Positions 19,141-28,437 of a stretch of DNA of 64,000 nt are shown piece by piece. The stretch lies in contig CP129470.1 of assembly GCA_030583685.1 (NCBI GenBank), positions 276,345 to 340,344 of the forward strand. The letters are read 5' to 3'. The notes beneath the pieces are model-generated. The model ran no database searches, was not told the DNA's origin, and saw only the letters and a program-made list of their open reading frames with translations. The stretch comes from Candidatus Dojkabacteria bacterium. Its GTDB lineage: Bacteria; Patescibacteriota; Dojkabacteria; GCA-002793355. The position numbers and the translations under genes were made by a program. Positions within the stretch are counted from its first letter, which is position 1; each line of letters begins with the position of its first letter.

Positions 19141-20409
19141 TTACTTTTTCAGTAAGCCGACTGCTTCATCGAGCTGATTATCTTTTCCTTCTGCGCGTTG
19201 GTCATAGTCATAAACAACTTCTTTATCAGGTGTTATCGGATTTTCAGGATTCAACCATTCTTTATCAGGAAGCAACCACTTACTCACCGTAACATGAACC
19301 GAAGAGCCGTCCTTCAAATCAACAACCACCTGCGCTGTCCCTTTTCCATATGTTTTTTCCCCGACTACGGTTGCACGCTTGTAATACTGCAGTGCACCGG
19401 CAAATATTTCTGACGCAGAGGCGCTACTGCCATTTACGAGAATGACAACAGGAATATCTTTTAATCGAGGTGTTGTTGTCGTTGCAAATATCTGATCTTG
19501 CCCACTCTTCTCACGCTGATAAGCAACCACAGATTCTTTGGGTAAAAAATCACCCGCAAGAACAATAGCTGCATCAAAATATCCACCTGGATTGTTTCGT
19601 AAATCAATAACTACACCGGTAATATTTCCATTTTCGTATTGTCGAGCAATGTCTTGTGACACAACATTCCATTTACTTACCCATTCTGCCAACGTTGCTT
19701 CGGTAAAGCGACTTACCTTAACAATCGCAACTCCGTCCTGAGTTTCTTTCATGGTAATACTCGGTGCCGAGATATTCCCTCTTGTCATTTCGAGTGTGTA
19801 ACTCTTGTTATTCTCACGAGGTCGAACGATATCGAGCGTTACCGTTGTCCCTGCTTCTCCACGAATCTCAGAAACCACCTGCGTTAATGACTTTGAAGCA
19901 GTAGAAACTCCGTTAACTTTAACGATAATATCTTGTGACTCTAATCCTGCCTGCTGTGCGGGTGACCCGTCGAAAGGTGAAACCACGACAACCATTTTAT
20001 TGACATAATCAAGTTCCGCACCAATTCCTGAATAGGAGCCACTTTGAGATTTTTTATACTCTTTCGTTTCGTCTGGATCAAAAAATGCTGTGGGAGCATC
20101 ACCCAACGATTCTACTAGTCCTTTGACACTTCCGTAAAACAACGTGTCGGCGTCAAGTTTTGTCGGATCGACATAGTATTGTCGAAGCGTGTTGTACACT
20201 TCCCAATACAAACTAAAATTCTTGTCACCCAAATCACCTGTTGGTGCAGCATTCTCAATTTTCTCATTAATATATGACCGCAGCGGATCGGTAACAGACC
20301 CGATTCCAATTCCGAATAAGAGACACAAGGCTAAGGCAACAATTACATTACTAACCGACATTTTTCTCTCAAACAACGATTTTTTTGCAACAATACTTTC
20401 TTCTGCCAT
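19141..20409 (-). CDS. ctpA: carboxyl-terminal processing peptidase (S41 family) with PDZ domain
   Basis: PDZ region (VVVVSPFDGSPAQQAGLESQDIIVKVNG), S41 catalytic Ser context GSSASASEIFAGAL and Lys context TYGKGTAQ, DLRNNPGG motif. Confidence 0.85.
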   Translation of the reverse strand: MAEESIVAKKSLFERKMSVSNVIVALALCLLFGIGIGSVTDPLRSYINEKIENAAPTGDLGDKNFSLYWEVYNTLRQYYVDPTKLDADTLFYGSVKGLVESLGDAPTAFFDPDETKEYKKSQSGSYSGIGAELDYVNKMVVVVSPFDGSPAQQAGLESQDIIVKVNGVSTASKSLTQVVSEIRGEAGTTVTLDIVRPRENNKSYTLEMTRGNISAPSITMKETQDGVAIVKVSRFTEATLAEWVSKWNVVSQDIARQYENGNITGVVIDLRNNPGGYFDAAIVLAGDFLPKESVVAYQREKSGQDQIFATTTTPRLKDIPVVILVNGSSASASEIFAGALQYYKRATVVGEKTYGKGTAQVVVDLKDGSSVHVTVSKWLLPDKEWLNPENPITPDKEVVYDYDQRAEGKDNQLDEAVGLLKK

Positions 20410-20417
20410 ACGATTTT

Positions 20418-21332
20418 CTATCTAATATTAAACAACTCTTCTGCAAGCGCAGGAGTTTTTTCCCCTGTCTCCAAGGTTACAATCAATTCACCAGATTCGT
20501 GTTGCAATTCTTTCACTTGCTTGCCCCACCAATATTCTTTAAAGAGAAGCATCTCCTGCTCAAGATTTCCTAACAGTATATCACTTACAGGAACATAGAG
20601 ATGAGATTGGGCATACTCAACTTCAATGGATACCCCATGAAGTTTAGTAAGCAAAAGATGATACCACCGCCACAAAGGGAACATTCCAAAGCCATGAAGA
20701 ATTCCAATGTTCTGAGTTAATTGCGAAAAAATTGGGACATATTCATGCCAATCCAACGAAGGAGCTAGTACCCCAAGACCTCCTTTCAAAAAGATTTCTG
20801 CATACGTTTCTTTGGTGACTGCCCCAGGAAGTAAGACAATCTTTCCGGCGATTTCATCAGGAATTTGATGCGGCGCAATGAGCATACCTTTATCAAGTAA
20901 ACAATACAGTTCCCCTTCCACCTTTGCCCCTTGCGATACAAAGATTGGCATTTTCAGCAACTTTGACTCAACAATATAACTTGTTTCAGTGAACGAGATG
21001 AGTCTTCCCCACGTTGTCGCTCTCACCTCTTGAGCGGTTTCTTCTGCAACGATAGCCAACGTCTCCGACGATAATTTTGTAATTCCATCATAATCTGAGA
21101 CCAGAATTTCTCGTCGAAATCCTTTGCGGTATTCGACTAAGGGAGTATCTTTTGAAACGAATACGCCATCATCAACAAGTAATGTTCCACGCGACAACGA
21201 GTAAACTCCAAGCACTTGAGGTGCTCGCACGATTCCCAGTAAGTCACCTGGCTTAACAGCCTCCCCTATTGTCTTTTGAGGAACAAAGGTTCCAGACAAC
21301 TGTACAGTTTTTTTTCTTGTGATTCGTTCCAT
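20418..21332 (-). CDS. conserved hypothetical protein (304 aa)
   Basis: Intact ORF tightly packed between the 427-aa hypothetical protein and ctpA (9-bp spacing); no recognisable motifs. Confidence 0.5.
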   Translation of the reverse strand: MERITRKKTVQLSGTFVPQKTIGEAVKPGDLLGIVRAPQVLGVYSLSRGTLLVDDGVFVSKDTPLVEYRKGFRREILVSDYDGITKLSSETLAIVAEETAQEVRATTWGRLISFTETSYIVESKLLKMPIFVSQGAKVEGELYCLLDKGMLIAPHQIPDEIAGKIVLLPGAVTKETYAEIFLKGGLGVLAPSLDWHEYVPIFSQLTQNIGILHGFGMFPLWRWYHLLLTKLHGVSIEVEYAQSHLYVPVSDILLGNLEQEMLLFKEYWWGKQVKELQHESGELIVTLETGEKTPALAEELFNIR

Positions 21333-21337
21333 AGAGC

Positions 21338-22621
21338 TTATTTCATTACTTTTATTTGTCTTTTTATTCGGTCAAGCCACTGTGGCACTTTAACACTATT
21401 CGCGACCGTATTCGGTCCGTACACGACGGGCCAAGCGCGAAGATCAATCGTCACACTTGACACGCCAACAACCGTGGGCAATTTTATATCCCTTTTTACA
21501 TCATCTACTATTACCTGATACTCGTGATTATCTGCATGATTACTATAGGTATACAAATTCCCGTAAACACCCTGATATACTGCTCCGTTATTTATCACTT
21601 TCACAATTTTCTTTGCGCTTTTCGTTTGCGGAATTATCCACAATGAACTTTCCGTTTGCGAAAATTCCGTAAATACACTTCCATTTCTTTCATCTGCAAG
21701 AAGCGGCAAAAATTGATAATGTGAATCTACGGTGATACTCCACGATCCAGCGAGCCCAAGCCCATCAACAACTGCCAACTGACTCACTGCAACATCATTA
21801 ATATACAACGGTACTTCCCCCGTAATAATGAGATGACCCTCTGATAATTCGTGAATATTTGAGTATTTTGACAACTCAACCAATTGCGAGGTCAAAACAG
21901 CTCGATATAAATCTTTTATAAGTGGGGAGGACGTCATCAGTGGTCTCCAGTAGGCATGATTTAAGAGAATGTTAAATATTTGGTTTTCTGGAATATGTTC
22001 TCCCACAAACGGTAAAAACTTTTTTGTTGCCAGGTAATCCACATACTCCTGGGCTGAACCATATGCTACTTTCGAGGAAGCATATTCCCAGATTACCTTG
22101 TTGCCCACTGATTTTGGTAAACAGATAATTAATTCAAGAGAAAAAAAGTTCGCAACTAAGACAACGACTGGCTTATGAAACTGCTCCATTTCTGCCAGAA
22201 TCTCTTTCCCAATTGAAATATCTTTTCTGTGTGAAAACTTGACAAACTTGTCTGACACAATTTCCGAAAACAATCCTTTTTGCATATTTTCTGACAGCAA
22301 GCGAACCGCTTGAACTCCCTCACCAAAGGTAATTTCAGGAACAAGAAATCTATTTGCGTCATTCAGTAACTTCCAGCCAAAAGCCTCAGATGCTTTTTTC
22401 AACGACTGTGTTAAAAAATCAATTGGTGTATTTACCTGACGCTTCGGGACCCAATGTGGGTATAAAATATCCAAAAGAGGAAGTGATGTTTTCCAAAGAT
22501 GTTTCTCGTGCTCACCATGCCCAACATCACGTATCGATAAGGTCATGACAAGTCCATTTGACAGTTCTGAAAGATACAGCGTTGTTCCCTGCTGGGACGG
22601 GGCAGTAGATTGCATATACAC
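21338..22621 (-). CDS. conserved hypothetical protein (427 aa)
   Basis: Intact ORF between aroE and the 304-aa hypothetical protein; Gly-rich segment AVVDGLGLAGSWSITVD is faintly reminiscent of a phosphate-binding loop of sugar-kinase/actin-like folds, but this is unsupported. Confidence 0.5.
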   Translation of the reverse strand: MYMQSTAPSQQGTTLYLSELSNGLVMTLSIRDVGHGEHEKHLWKTSLPLLDILYPHWVPKRQVNTPIDFLTQSLKKASEAFGWKLLNDANRFLVPEITFGEGVQAVRLLSENMQKGLFSEIVSDKFVKFSHRKDISIGKEILAEMEQFHKPVVVLVANFFSLELIICLPKSVGNKVIWEYASSKVAYGSAQEYVDYLATKKFLPFVGEHIPENQIFNILLNHAYWRPLMTSSPLIKDLYRAVLTSQLVELSKYSNIHELSEGHLIITGEVPLYINDVAVSQLAVVDGLGLAGSWSITVDSHYQFLPLLADERNGSVFTEFSQTESSLWIIPQTKSAKKIVKVINNGAVYQGVYGNLYTYSNHADNHEYQVIVDDVKRDIKLPTVVGVSSVTIDLRAWPVVYGPNTVANSVKVPQWLDRIKRQIKVMK

Positions 22622-22656
22622 ATTGTATCAGATGAGTGCAACGAACTGAATGACAC

Positions 22657-23541
22657 TTACCATGATTCTAAGTTCTTTTTCAGCTCCGTATACATCACCT
22701 CAACTGGAGCCTGATGTCCCGTAAAAAGCTCAAACTGAAATGCTCCTTGGGCAACAAGCATCTCGTGTCCATAAACAATGTTATATCCTTTTCCTTGTAA
22801 TAGTTTTGTAAATTCCGTCTGGTTTCGCTGAAAAACAACATCCAGCGCAACTTTATTTTCATCAAAGAGTATATTGGCTTCTTCACCTCTATACAACAAC
22901 TTGCACAGACGACACGTACAGTCTTCTTCTCTTCGAGATCCGACTGAAGTCGCGTTCACAACTATGTCATACTGACGATAGTCATTCCACGCTTCAAATC
23001 CATACGCTCTGATTCCAAAATCATTACCAAGCAGCTGTGCCTTTTTCTGCGTCCGATTCAGTACCACAACTTCACACCCTTCTTCCAATAATCCATACAC
23101 CACTGACCTTGCTGCGCCACCAGCACCAAGGACAACAGCTCGCCTTGCTTTGAGTTCAGTTTTCTTTTTCAAACAAGTGAGTGCACCAATTACATCAGAA
23201 TTGTAGCCAATTGTTTTTCCTTCCTGAACGTGAACCGTATTACATGCACCAATTTTCTCAACTGCTGGCGTCATTTCATCAAGTGTGGCAATAATGTTCA
23301 CTTTATGTGGCATTGTTACGCTCATACCAGAAACACCGAACTGAATCATTGCGTTCACCCCTTGCGCTAACTGCTGCGGAGGAATATCCCGCACTAGATA
23401 TAAATAATTGAGCCCAAGTGCTTCATACCCAGCGTTGTGCATATACAAGGATTTTTGTTTATCAACAGGATGCCCGATGGTCAGGCAGATTTTTGTTTCT
23501 GGGTTCGGGAATGGATAGTTTCTCATTTGGACAGGAATCAA
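22657..23541 (-). CDS. aroE: shikimate dehydrogenase
   Basis: N-terminal substrate-binding region (IGHPVDKQKSLYMHNAGY) and NADP-binding VVLGAGGAARSVVYGL Rossmann motif; about 290 aa. Confidence 0.7.
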   Translation of the reverse strand: MIPVQMRNYPFPNPETKICLTIGHPVDKQKSLYMHNAGYEALGLNYLYLVRDIPPQQLAQGVNAMIQFGVSGMSVTMPHKVNIIATLDEMTPAVEKIGACNTVHVQEGKTIGYNSDVIGALTCLKKKTELKARRAVVLGAGGAARSVVYGLLEEGCEVVVLNRTQKKAQLLGNDFGIRAYGFEAWNDYRQYDIVVNATSVGSRREEDCTCRLCKLLYRGEEANILFDENKVALDVVFQRNQTEFTKLLQGKGYNIVYGHEMLVAQGAFQFELFTGHQAPVEVMYTELKKNLESW

Positions 23542-24296
23542 ATTACTTGAGATCGTTGCCAGACAAAATCAAAAAAGTTTTTTAATAAAAGCGACATCGC
23601 CTGATCCTCGATAACAATTGCTAGGGGATCGGCACTGTTTTTATTGTGAAAGGCAACCTTATTTTTGAAAATATTTATCCCCGCGGTGATTGTAAAATCA
23701 CTGGGAATTACCCTTACTTCCTTAAACTGCAATTCGTTTGTTCGATGAAAATCGAGGGACTGATCACCTTTATCGACCAACATGTGCAAGAATGACCCAC
23801 TTGTTTTTCGGACTTGAATTTCTTTCTCCCAGAAAGCTTTCGGGATATTGGGGAAAAGTAGATCATTTGCAATTTCTCGGACAATCGGGTCACGCGATCG
23901 GTTCTTTTCCCTATATACTTTGACAATTGAATCCTCACCACGATACACCCGAACTTTTGAATGCAGTAGCTGCTGTTCAGAAATAAAGGGAATCGATTTG
24001 ACGAAATCTTTGACTTCCTGAGCTCTTTGTTCTGCGATATCAATGATTCTTTGCGTATTATCCACGTAGTAGACACAATTATAGACTTCACCAGAAGAAG
24101 CGAGTAACCCAAGAGATACTAATTTTCTCAAATATCGATAAACTGCCGTTCTCTCAATCGATAGTTTTTGTGCAAGTTGATTACCATTTTGCGCTCCGTT
24201 TAGTAACAGGTGGGTAAAAACCGCTACTTCTCTTTTCTGCAGCCCCAACGCCTCTAAGGCAATCAGATATTTCTCGTCTATCACAACAAGCAACAA
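23538..24296 (-). CDS. TrmB-like winged-HTH transcriptional regulator (paralog 3)
   Basis: LGLQKREVAVFTHLLLNGAQNGNQLAQKLSIERTAVYRYLRKLVSLGLL HTH; shared C-terminal domain ending ...FFDFVWQRSQVI. Confidence 0.55.
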   Translation of the reverse strand: MLLVVIDEKYLIALEALGLQKREVAVFTHLLLNGAQNGNQLAQKLSIERTAVYRYLRKLVSLGLLASSGEVYNCVYYVDNTQRIIDIAEQRAQEVKDFVKSIPFISEQQLLHSKVRVYRGEDSIVKVYREKNRSRDPIVREIANDLLFPNIPKAFWEKEIQVRKTSGSFLHMLVDKGDQSLDFHRTNELQFKEVRVIPSDFTITAGINIFKNKVAFHNKNSADPLAIVIEDQAMSLLLKNFFDFVWQRSQVI

Positions 24297-24368
24297 TCAG
24301 TTTATTGCTGATATTATAGTACCTAATAACACTTTACACAAACAGATGTTGCATTTAACACAACAACA

Positions 24369-24839
24369 TTACACAATTTCAGCGTCAGTCCACAATACAT
24401 TGAATACTGATTCAAACGATTTCGCGATAAGCTCATCTCGAACGACATAGCCCTTACAATCAGCAGCATCAAGTTTCGTAACCGCTACAAAATCACGAAA
24501 CACTGCCAAGATAATGTCGAAACGAAACGACACAGGCATCATTCTCGACTCTTTTAACGTATCCGGATTTGTTTTTTCTATTTCCCTGACAGGATCCGCA
24601 TATGTTAACAGGTTTTTGATTGCAATTCCGTGTTCAACCCTTTTTGCAATCGCACTTTTTACGAGATCACCTGTAACTTTATGAAAATTTGCCACCAACT
24701 CTTGGTTAATGATTTGTTTCACCACAGCAGGTTTCGCTTCTGCACGAAGCAACAGTGGCAACTCATAAGCCTCAATTCCACGGAGTATTTGCACATCTTC
24801 GCGCGTTTCGAGGTTGCGTATCATTTCCTCTATTACCAT
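24369..24839 (-). CDS. TrmB C-terminal-domain paralog lacking the HTH (paralog 4, truncated)
   Basis: 156 aa; C-terminus ...FESVFNVLWTDAEIV aligns with the C-termini of the other paralogs; no HTH and only 80 bp upstream. Confidence 0.4.
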   Translation of the reverse strand: MVIEEMIRNLETREDVQILRGIEAYELPLLLRAEAKPAVVKQIINQELVANFHKVTGDLVKSAIAKRVEHGIAIKNLLTYADPVREIEKTNPDTLKESRMMPVSFRFDIILAVFRDFVAVTKLDAADCKGYVVRDELIAKSFESVFNVLWTDAEIV

Positions 24840-24920
24840 TTTTTGATATACTAACTTATTGTCGCAACGGCACTACTGGTATTACCAAAGTGCCACGATA
24901 ATGAATTATATAACTTCATT

Positions 24921-25703
24921 TTGGTAGTTGTGAATACTACTACTCTCCCTCAGGCACTCGACCTCACGACTAACGAGCTCAAAGTATTTGAAGGGTTTGT
25001 CAAAAACCCTGGAGTTACTGCCGCGAAACTTTCAGGTATTTTGCGGATGGATAAATCCTCTACGTACAGATCAGTCAACAAACTTGTCGCAGAAAACCTT
25101 CTTATTCCTGTCCCGCACCATGACGCAATGACCTACATCGCAGTGTCACCAGATGAATTAAAATCGCGGTATTCAGAAAAACTGTCATCTCTTGCGAATA
25201 TTGTTCCTGCTCTGACCACATTCGTCTCCTCATTAAATTCTGCAGCAAGACGAAAAACAACAATCAGAACAGAAACTGGCATCGAAGCAGTCAGGAAAGC
25301 ATTATCCGAAAGTCTTGATTGCAAAGAAAAGCTTATCAGAGAACTCTTTCGTACACACTCTTTCTTTAAACAGAACCCTGAACACGTGGGTTTTGTTCTC
25401 GATACACTAAAAACACGGGTCAAAAACAAAATTGCAATTCGCCAATTCTACGCAACCGACCCAACACAGGAGCACCCAGATATTCAAAAAATCATGAAAA
25501 ATGATAAAAGGCTTCTCAAAACAGTACGCCATCTTCCCCCAGGCCTTGATGACATGAATTCGATGCGAATTTGGGATGATACAACAAACATATTTTCGGA
25601 AGATGAAGAGGGCGTGACGCTCGTCATAACGATTACCGATAAATATGTAACGAGTTTTATGAAGAAAATCTACGACTTCATCTGGAATCTCAGCAAGGCA
25701 TAA
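24921..25703 (+). CDS. TrmB-like winged-HTH transcriptional regulator (paralog 5)
   Basis: LDLTTNELKVFEGFVKNPGVTAAKLSGILRMDKSSTYRSVNKLVAENLL HTH; C-terminus ...KIYDFIWNLSKA; divergent from paralog 4. Confidence 0.55.
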   Translation: MVVVNTTTLPQALDLTTNELKVFEGFVKNPGVTAAKLSGILRMDKSSTYRSVNKLVAENLLIPVPHHDAMTYIAVSPDELKSRYSEKLSSLANIVPALTTFVSSLNSAARRKTTIRTETGIEAVRKALSESLDCKEKLIRELFRTHSFFKQNPEHVGFVLDTLKTRVKNKIAIRQFYATDPTQEHPDIQKIMKNDKRLLKTVRHLPPGLDDMNSMRIWDDTTNIFSEDEEGVTLVITITDKYVTSFMKKIYDFIWNLSKA

Positions 25704-25752
25704 CAAACCATCGACATAACAACGTTGTCTTGAATCCTGAAGCTTCTTATAA

Positions 25753-26130
25753 TTACGCTTGATTACCTAGGTCGACGTATGGCAACAAGGCAAGAAAGCG
25801 TGCTCTATTAATAGCTTCTTTCAGTGCTCGCTGGTGTGTTGCACATACTCCCGATTTACTTCGCGGAATAATTTTTCCTCTCACTGACATAAATTTTTTC
25901 AATAACGCAACATCATAATATTTGATGTCGTGTTTTGTCAGTTTCATATCGCAAACCGGACAAGTATCTGGCACCATTGCCTGCTGGCCGTGGCGTCGTT
26001 CCTCACTTGATTCGGTCTCGATAGACACGAGTGTATCAATCTGAGCTACGTCAGAAAGAACGCGTTTTGCGTCTGCTTTTACACCATCTGTTCCCACAGA
26101 TACGGACATGTCTTTTACTCTTTTGACCAT
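25753..26130 (-). CDS. rpsR: 30S ribosomal protein S18 (with N-terminal extension)
   Basis: CPVC...[50 protein letters not shown] matches the S18 core. Confidence 0.85.
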   Translation of the reverse strand: MVKRVKDMSVSVGTDGVKADAKRVLSDVAQIDTLVSIETESSEERRHGQQAMVPDTCPVCDMKLTKHDIKYYDVALLKKFMSVRGKIIPRSKSGVCATHQRALKEAINRARFLALLPYVDLGNQA

Positions 26131-26158
26131 GTTTTCGCGCTAAATAATTAAAATATCA

Positions 26159-26659
26159 TTAAAATGGCAGATCATCGTCAGTCACCGGCGTTGTTGCCTT
26201 TGTTCCTGAAGAACCCTTTGCCTCATCTAATCCTTGTGCTATTGCATCTAGATCGAAGTCTCCTCCACTTTTTGGAGCAGATTCTTCATGTGATGCCTCA
26301 AAGTCATCGCCACTACCTGCTCGTGCAGTCTTGTCAAGTACAACAACAGAGTCTGCTCGAATTCTTGCGTCTTTGCTGATAAGTTTTCCTGCATCATCAC
26401 GTCGTTCTCTATACGTTAACAACCCTTCAACATATACTTTCATTCCTTTTTGCAATACTTTTGCAAGTCCTTCTCCGAACTTGCCCCATGCCATAACGCT
26501 ATGAAAACTTGCCTCATCTTTCCAATCACCATTTGCATCTTTCCATGCTCTATTGGTGGCAACAGTAAAATAACAAACCGCCGTTCCATTCGTCGTATAA
26601 CTCACTTCACCATCTCTTGTGACGTTGCCTACCAGAATGACTTTGTTTACTGATCTCAC
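26159..26659 (-). CDS. ssb: single-stranded DNA-binding protein
   Basis: OB-fold N-terminus (NKVILVGNVTRD...) and acidic C-terminal tail ending DDDLPF. Confidence 0.9.
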   Translation of the reverse strand: MRSVNKVILVGNVTRDGEVSYTTNGTAVCYFTVATNRAWKDANGDWKDEASFHSVMAWGKFGEGLAKVLQKGMKVYVEGLLTYRERRDDAGKLISKDARIRADSVVVLDKTARAGSGDDFEASHEESAPKSGGDFDLDAIAQGLDEAKGSSGTKATTPVTDDDLPF

Positions 26660-26716
26660 GTTGTTCTTCTGTTATTTTATATGCACTTGTACCCTACAAA
26701 TACTGATTCTCCAACC

Positions 26717-27133
26717 TTATGCTTCTTCTGCTTTCTTGCTATCTGACTCTTCCTTTGTGATTGTCTTTTTAACCTTGATTTTTGTTGCTGTTCCTTCTTT
26801 TGCGTCTTTTCTAATGACAAGATAGCGAAGTACCTCTTGGTGCCTATTCATAAGCTTCTTAATATCTTCCATTGCACGAGATGGTGCTTCGAATTGGTAC
26901 ATAACATAGTATCCTTCAGTATGCTTCTGCACTTCGTAGGCAAGATATCGCTTTCCCCAAATATCACGCAATGATACGGAACCTCCTGCATCTGAAATGA
27001 TCTGCTCGACTTTTGCGTCTGCTTCGTTTCTGATTTTGTCAGGTAAAAACGGTTTAAAAATTGCAACCATTTCATAGGGAACTGGTTTTCTTGCGACAGT
27101 AATAATTGTTTCTTCTGTATTTTTCTTTGCCAT
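26717..27133 (-). CDS. rpsF: 30S ribosomal protein S6
   Basis: YEMVAIFKP...IWGKRYLAYEV...GYYVMYQFEA pattern of S6; first gene of the rpsF-ssb-rpsR cluster. Confidence 0.85.
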   Translation of the reverse strand: MAKKNTEETIITVARKPVPYEMVAIFKPFLPDKIRNEADAKVEQIISDAGGSVSLRDIWGKRYLAYEVQKHTEGYYVMYQFEAPSRAMEDIKKLMNRHQEVLRYLVIRKDAKEGTATKIKVKKTITKEESDSKKAEEA

Positions 27134-27172
27134 AGTGGGAATTATAGCACAATATTCGCTAAGCGCAATGCT

Positions 27173-27655
27173 TTATTCTTGCGAAATTACTTCCTCTTTC
27201 TTTCCACGAAATGAGAAATGTTTATTTAAAAAATATTGCATGACTGCAATAAAGACAATGGAACCACCTTTCACTAACTCTAGTTGGTAGAGCGCGATAG
27301 GTTGAGAGATCAACACCAATATCTGGTGCACATACGCTCCAAGCCAAATCATGAAGATCCAGAGAAACAAATTTCCAACAGCAATCCCAACCAATCCAAC
27401 CGAGTAAAAAGATACATACCGCAATAACAGTCTATCCGTTCGTTTAAAATTCAAAAATGCGTTAAGAAAAAAATTATTCGTAATACCAATGGACATAGAA
27501 ATTGTGTTCGCAATAAATTCATTCATTCCCAACCACCTAACCATGATAATGAACGAGATAATATCAAGCGTGAGTCCGGTAAACCCAATACTAATATAGA
27601 GAATAAACCGTTTTTTGGAGAGAGCAACTCGCAGGACTCGTTTTACCAGATTCAT
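27173..27655 (-). CDS. GtrA-family small membrane protein (lipid-linked sugar translocation component)
   Basis: 160 aa, 4 TM; N-terminal basic stretch then LYISIGFTGLTLDIISFIIM; 1-bp overlap with upstream GT2. Confidence 0.6.
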   Translation of the reverse strand: MNLVKRVLRVALSKKRFILYISIGFTGLTLDIISFIIMVRWLGMNEFIANTISMSIGITNNFFLNAFLNFKRTDRLLLRYVSFYSVGLVGIAVGNLFLWIFMIWLGAYVHQILVLISQPIALYQLELVKGGSIVFIAVMQYFLNKHFSFRGKKEEVISQE

Positions 27656-28395
27656 TATTTTGCAAAAAAGTTGTAGTAAATAATTTCTCGAAACGCTTCT
27701 ACCCCATGCTTAAAGGCATTCATCTTCTTTCCTTCAGACACCGTTCGTGGATAGTAACTGATTGGAACCTGTGCAAACTTTACCCCTTTCACTTTCGAAA
27801 ACTTTGCGGTAATTTCTGGCTCAAAGCCAAAATTTGTTGTCGATTCAATGGTCGCTGCAAGTTTCCTATACAACTCACCCTTCGCCATTTTGTAACACAC
27901 TTCCATATCTCGGGGCCACATATTTGCGCGAACTCCCGTAATTATTGCCGAGAACAAACTGAGTAGAGTATTTCCCAGCCAATTTTGATAATACACAACT
28001 TCATTGTTTCTCCCAAATCTATTTCCGTAAACAACGTCTAGATTTTCTTTGTCAATTTTTTCAAGCATCACAAGTACATCTGCAGGGTCATACTCCATGT
28101 CTGCATCTTGAATGACAACATACTCACCTTTTGAGGCCAAAAGACCTGTCTTCACCGTCTGTGATTTCCCTGAATGCTCTTTCGTAATAACCCGAATCCG
28201 CTGCTCTCCGTACTGTTTTTGGAGTTCATACATGATGAGAAGCGTTTCATCAGTTGACTTATCGTCTACGAGTAATAATTCGTAGTCAATTCCCTGAAGC
28301 GTATCGCAAACTTTTTTAACGATTTCACGAATCGTATGCTGTTCGTTGTACGCGGGCATTATTAATGAGATTTTCATACGCTTGTATACTAGCAA
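27655..28395 (-). CDS. family 2 glycosyltransferase, polyprenyl-phosphate sugar synthase-like (GtrB/DPM1/ArnC-like)
   Basis: ISLIMPAYNEQHTI...YELLLVDDKSTDET...QDADMEYDP (DXD) GT-A motifs; about 246 aa, as in GtrB/Dpm1. Confidence 0.75.
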   Translation of the reverse strand: MLVYKRMKISLIMPAYNEQHTIREIVKKVCDTLQGIDYELLLVDDKSTDETLLIMYELQKQYGEQRIRVITKEHSGKSQTVKTGLLASKGEYVVIQDADMEYDPADVLVMLEKIDKENLDVVYGNRFGRNNEVVYYQNWLGNTLLSLFSAIITGVRANMWPRDMEVCYKMAKGELYRKLAATIESTTNFGFEPEITAKFSKVKGVKFAQVPISYYPRTVSEGKKMNAFKHGVEAFREIIYYNFFAK

Positions 28396-28437
28396 AGATT
28401 GCTAGGTTTTGTCTAATCTGCTATATTCATCAGAGCT

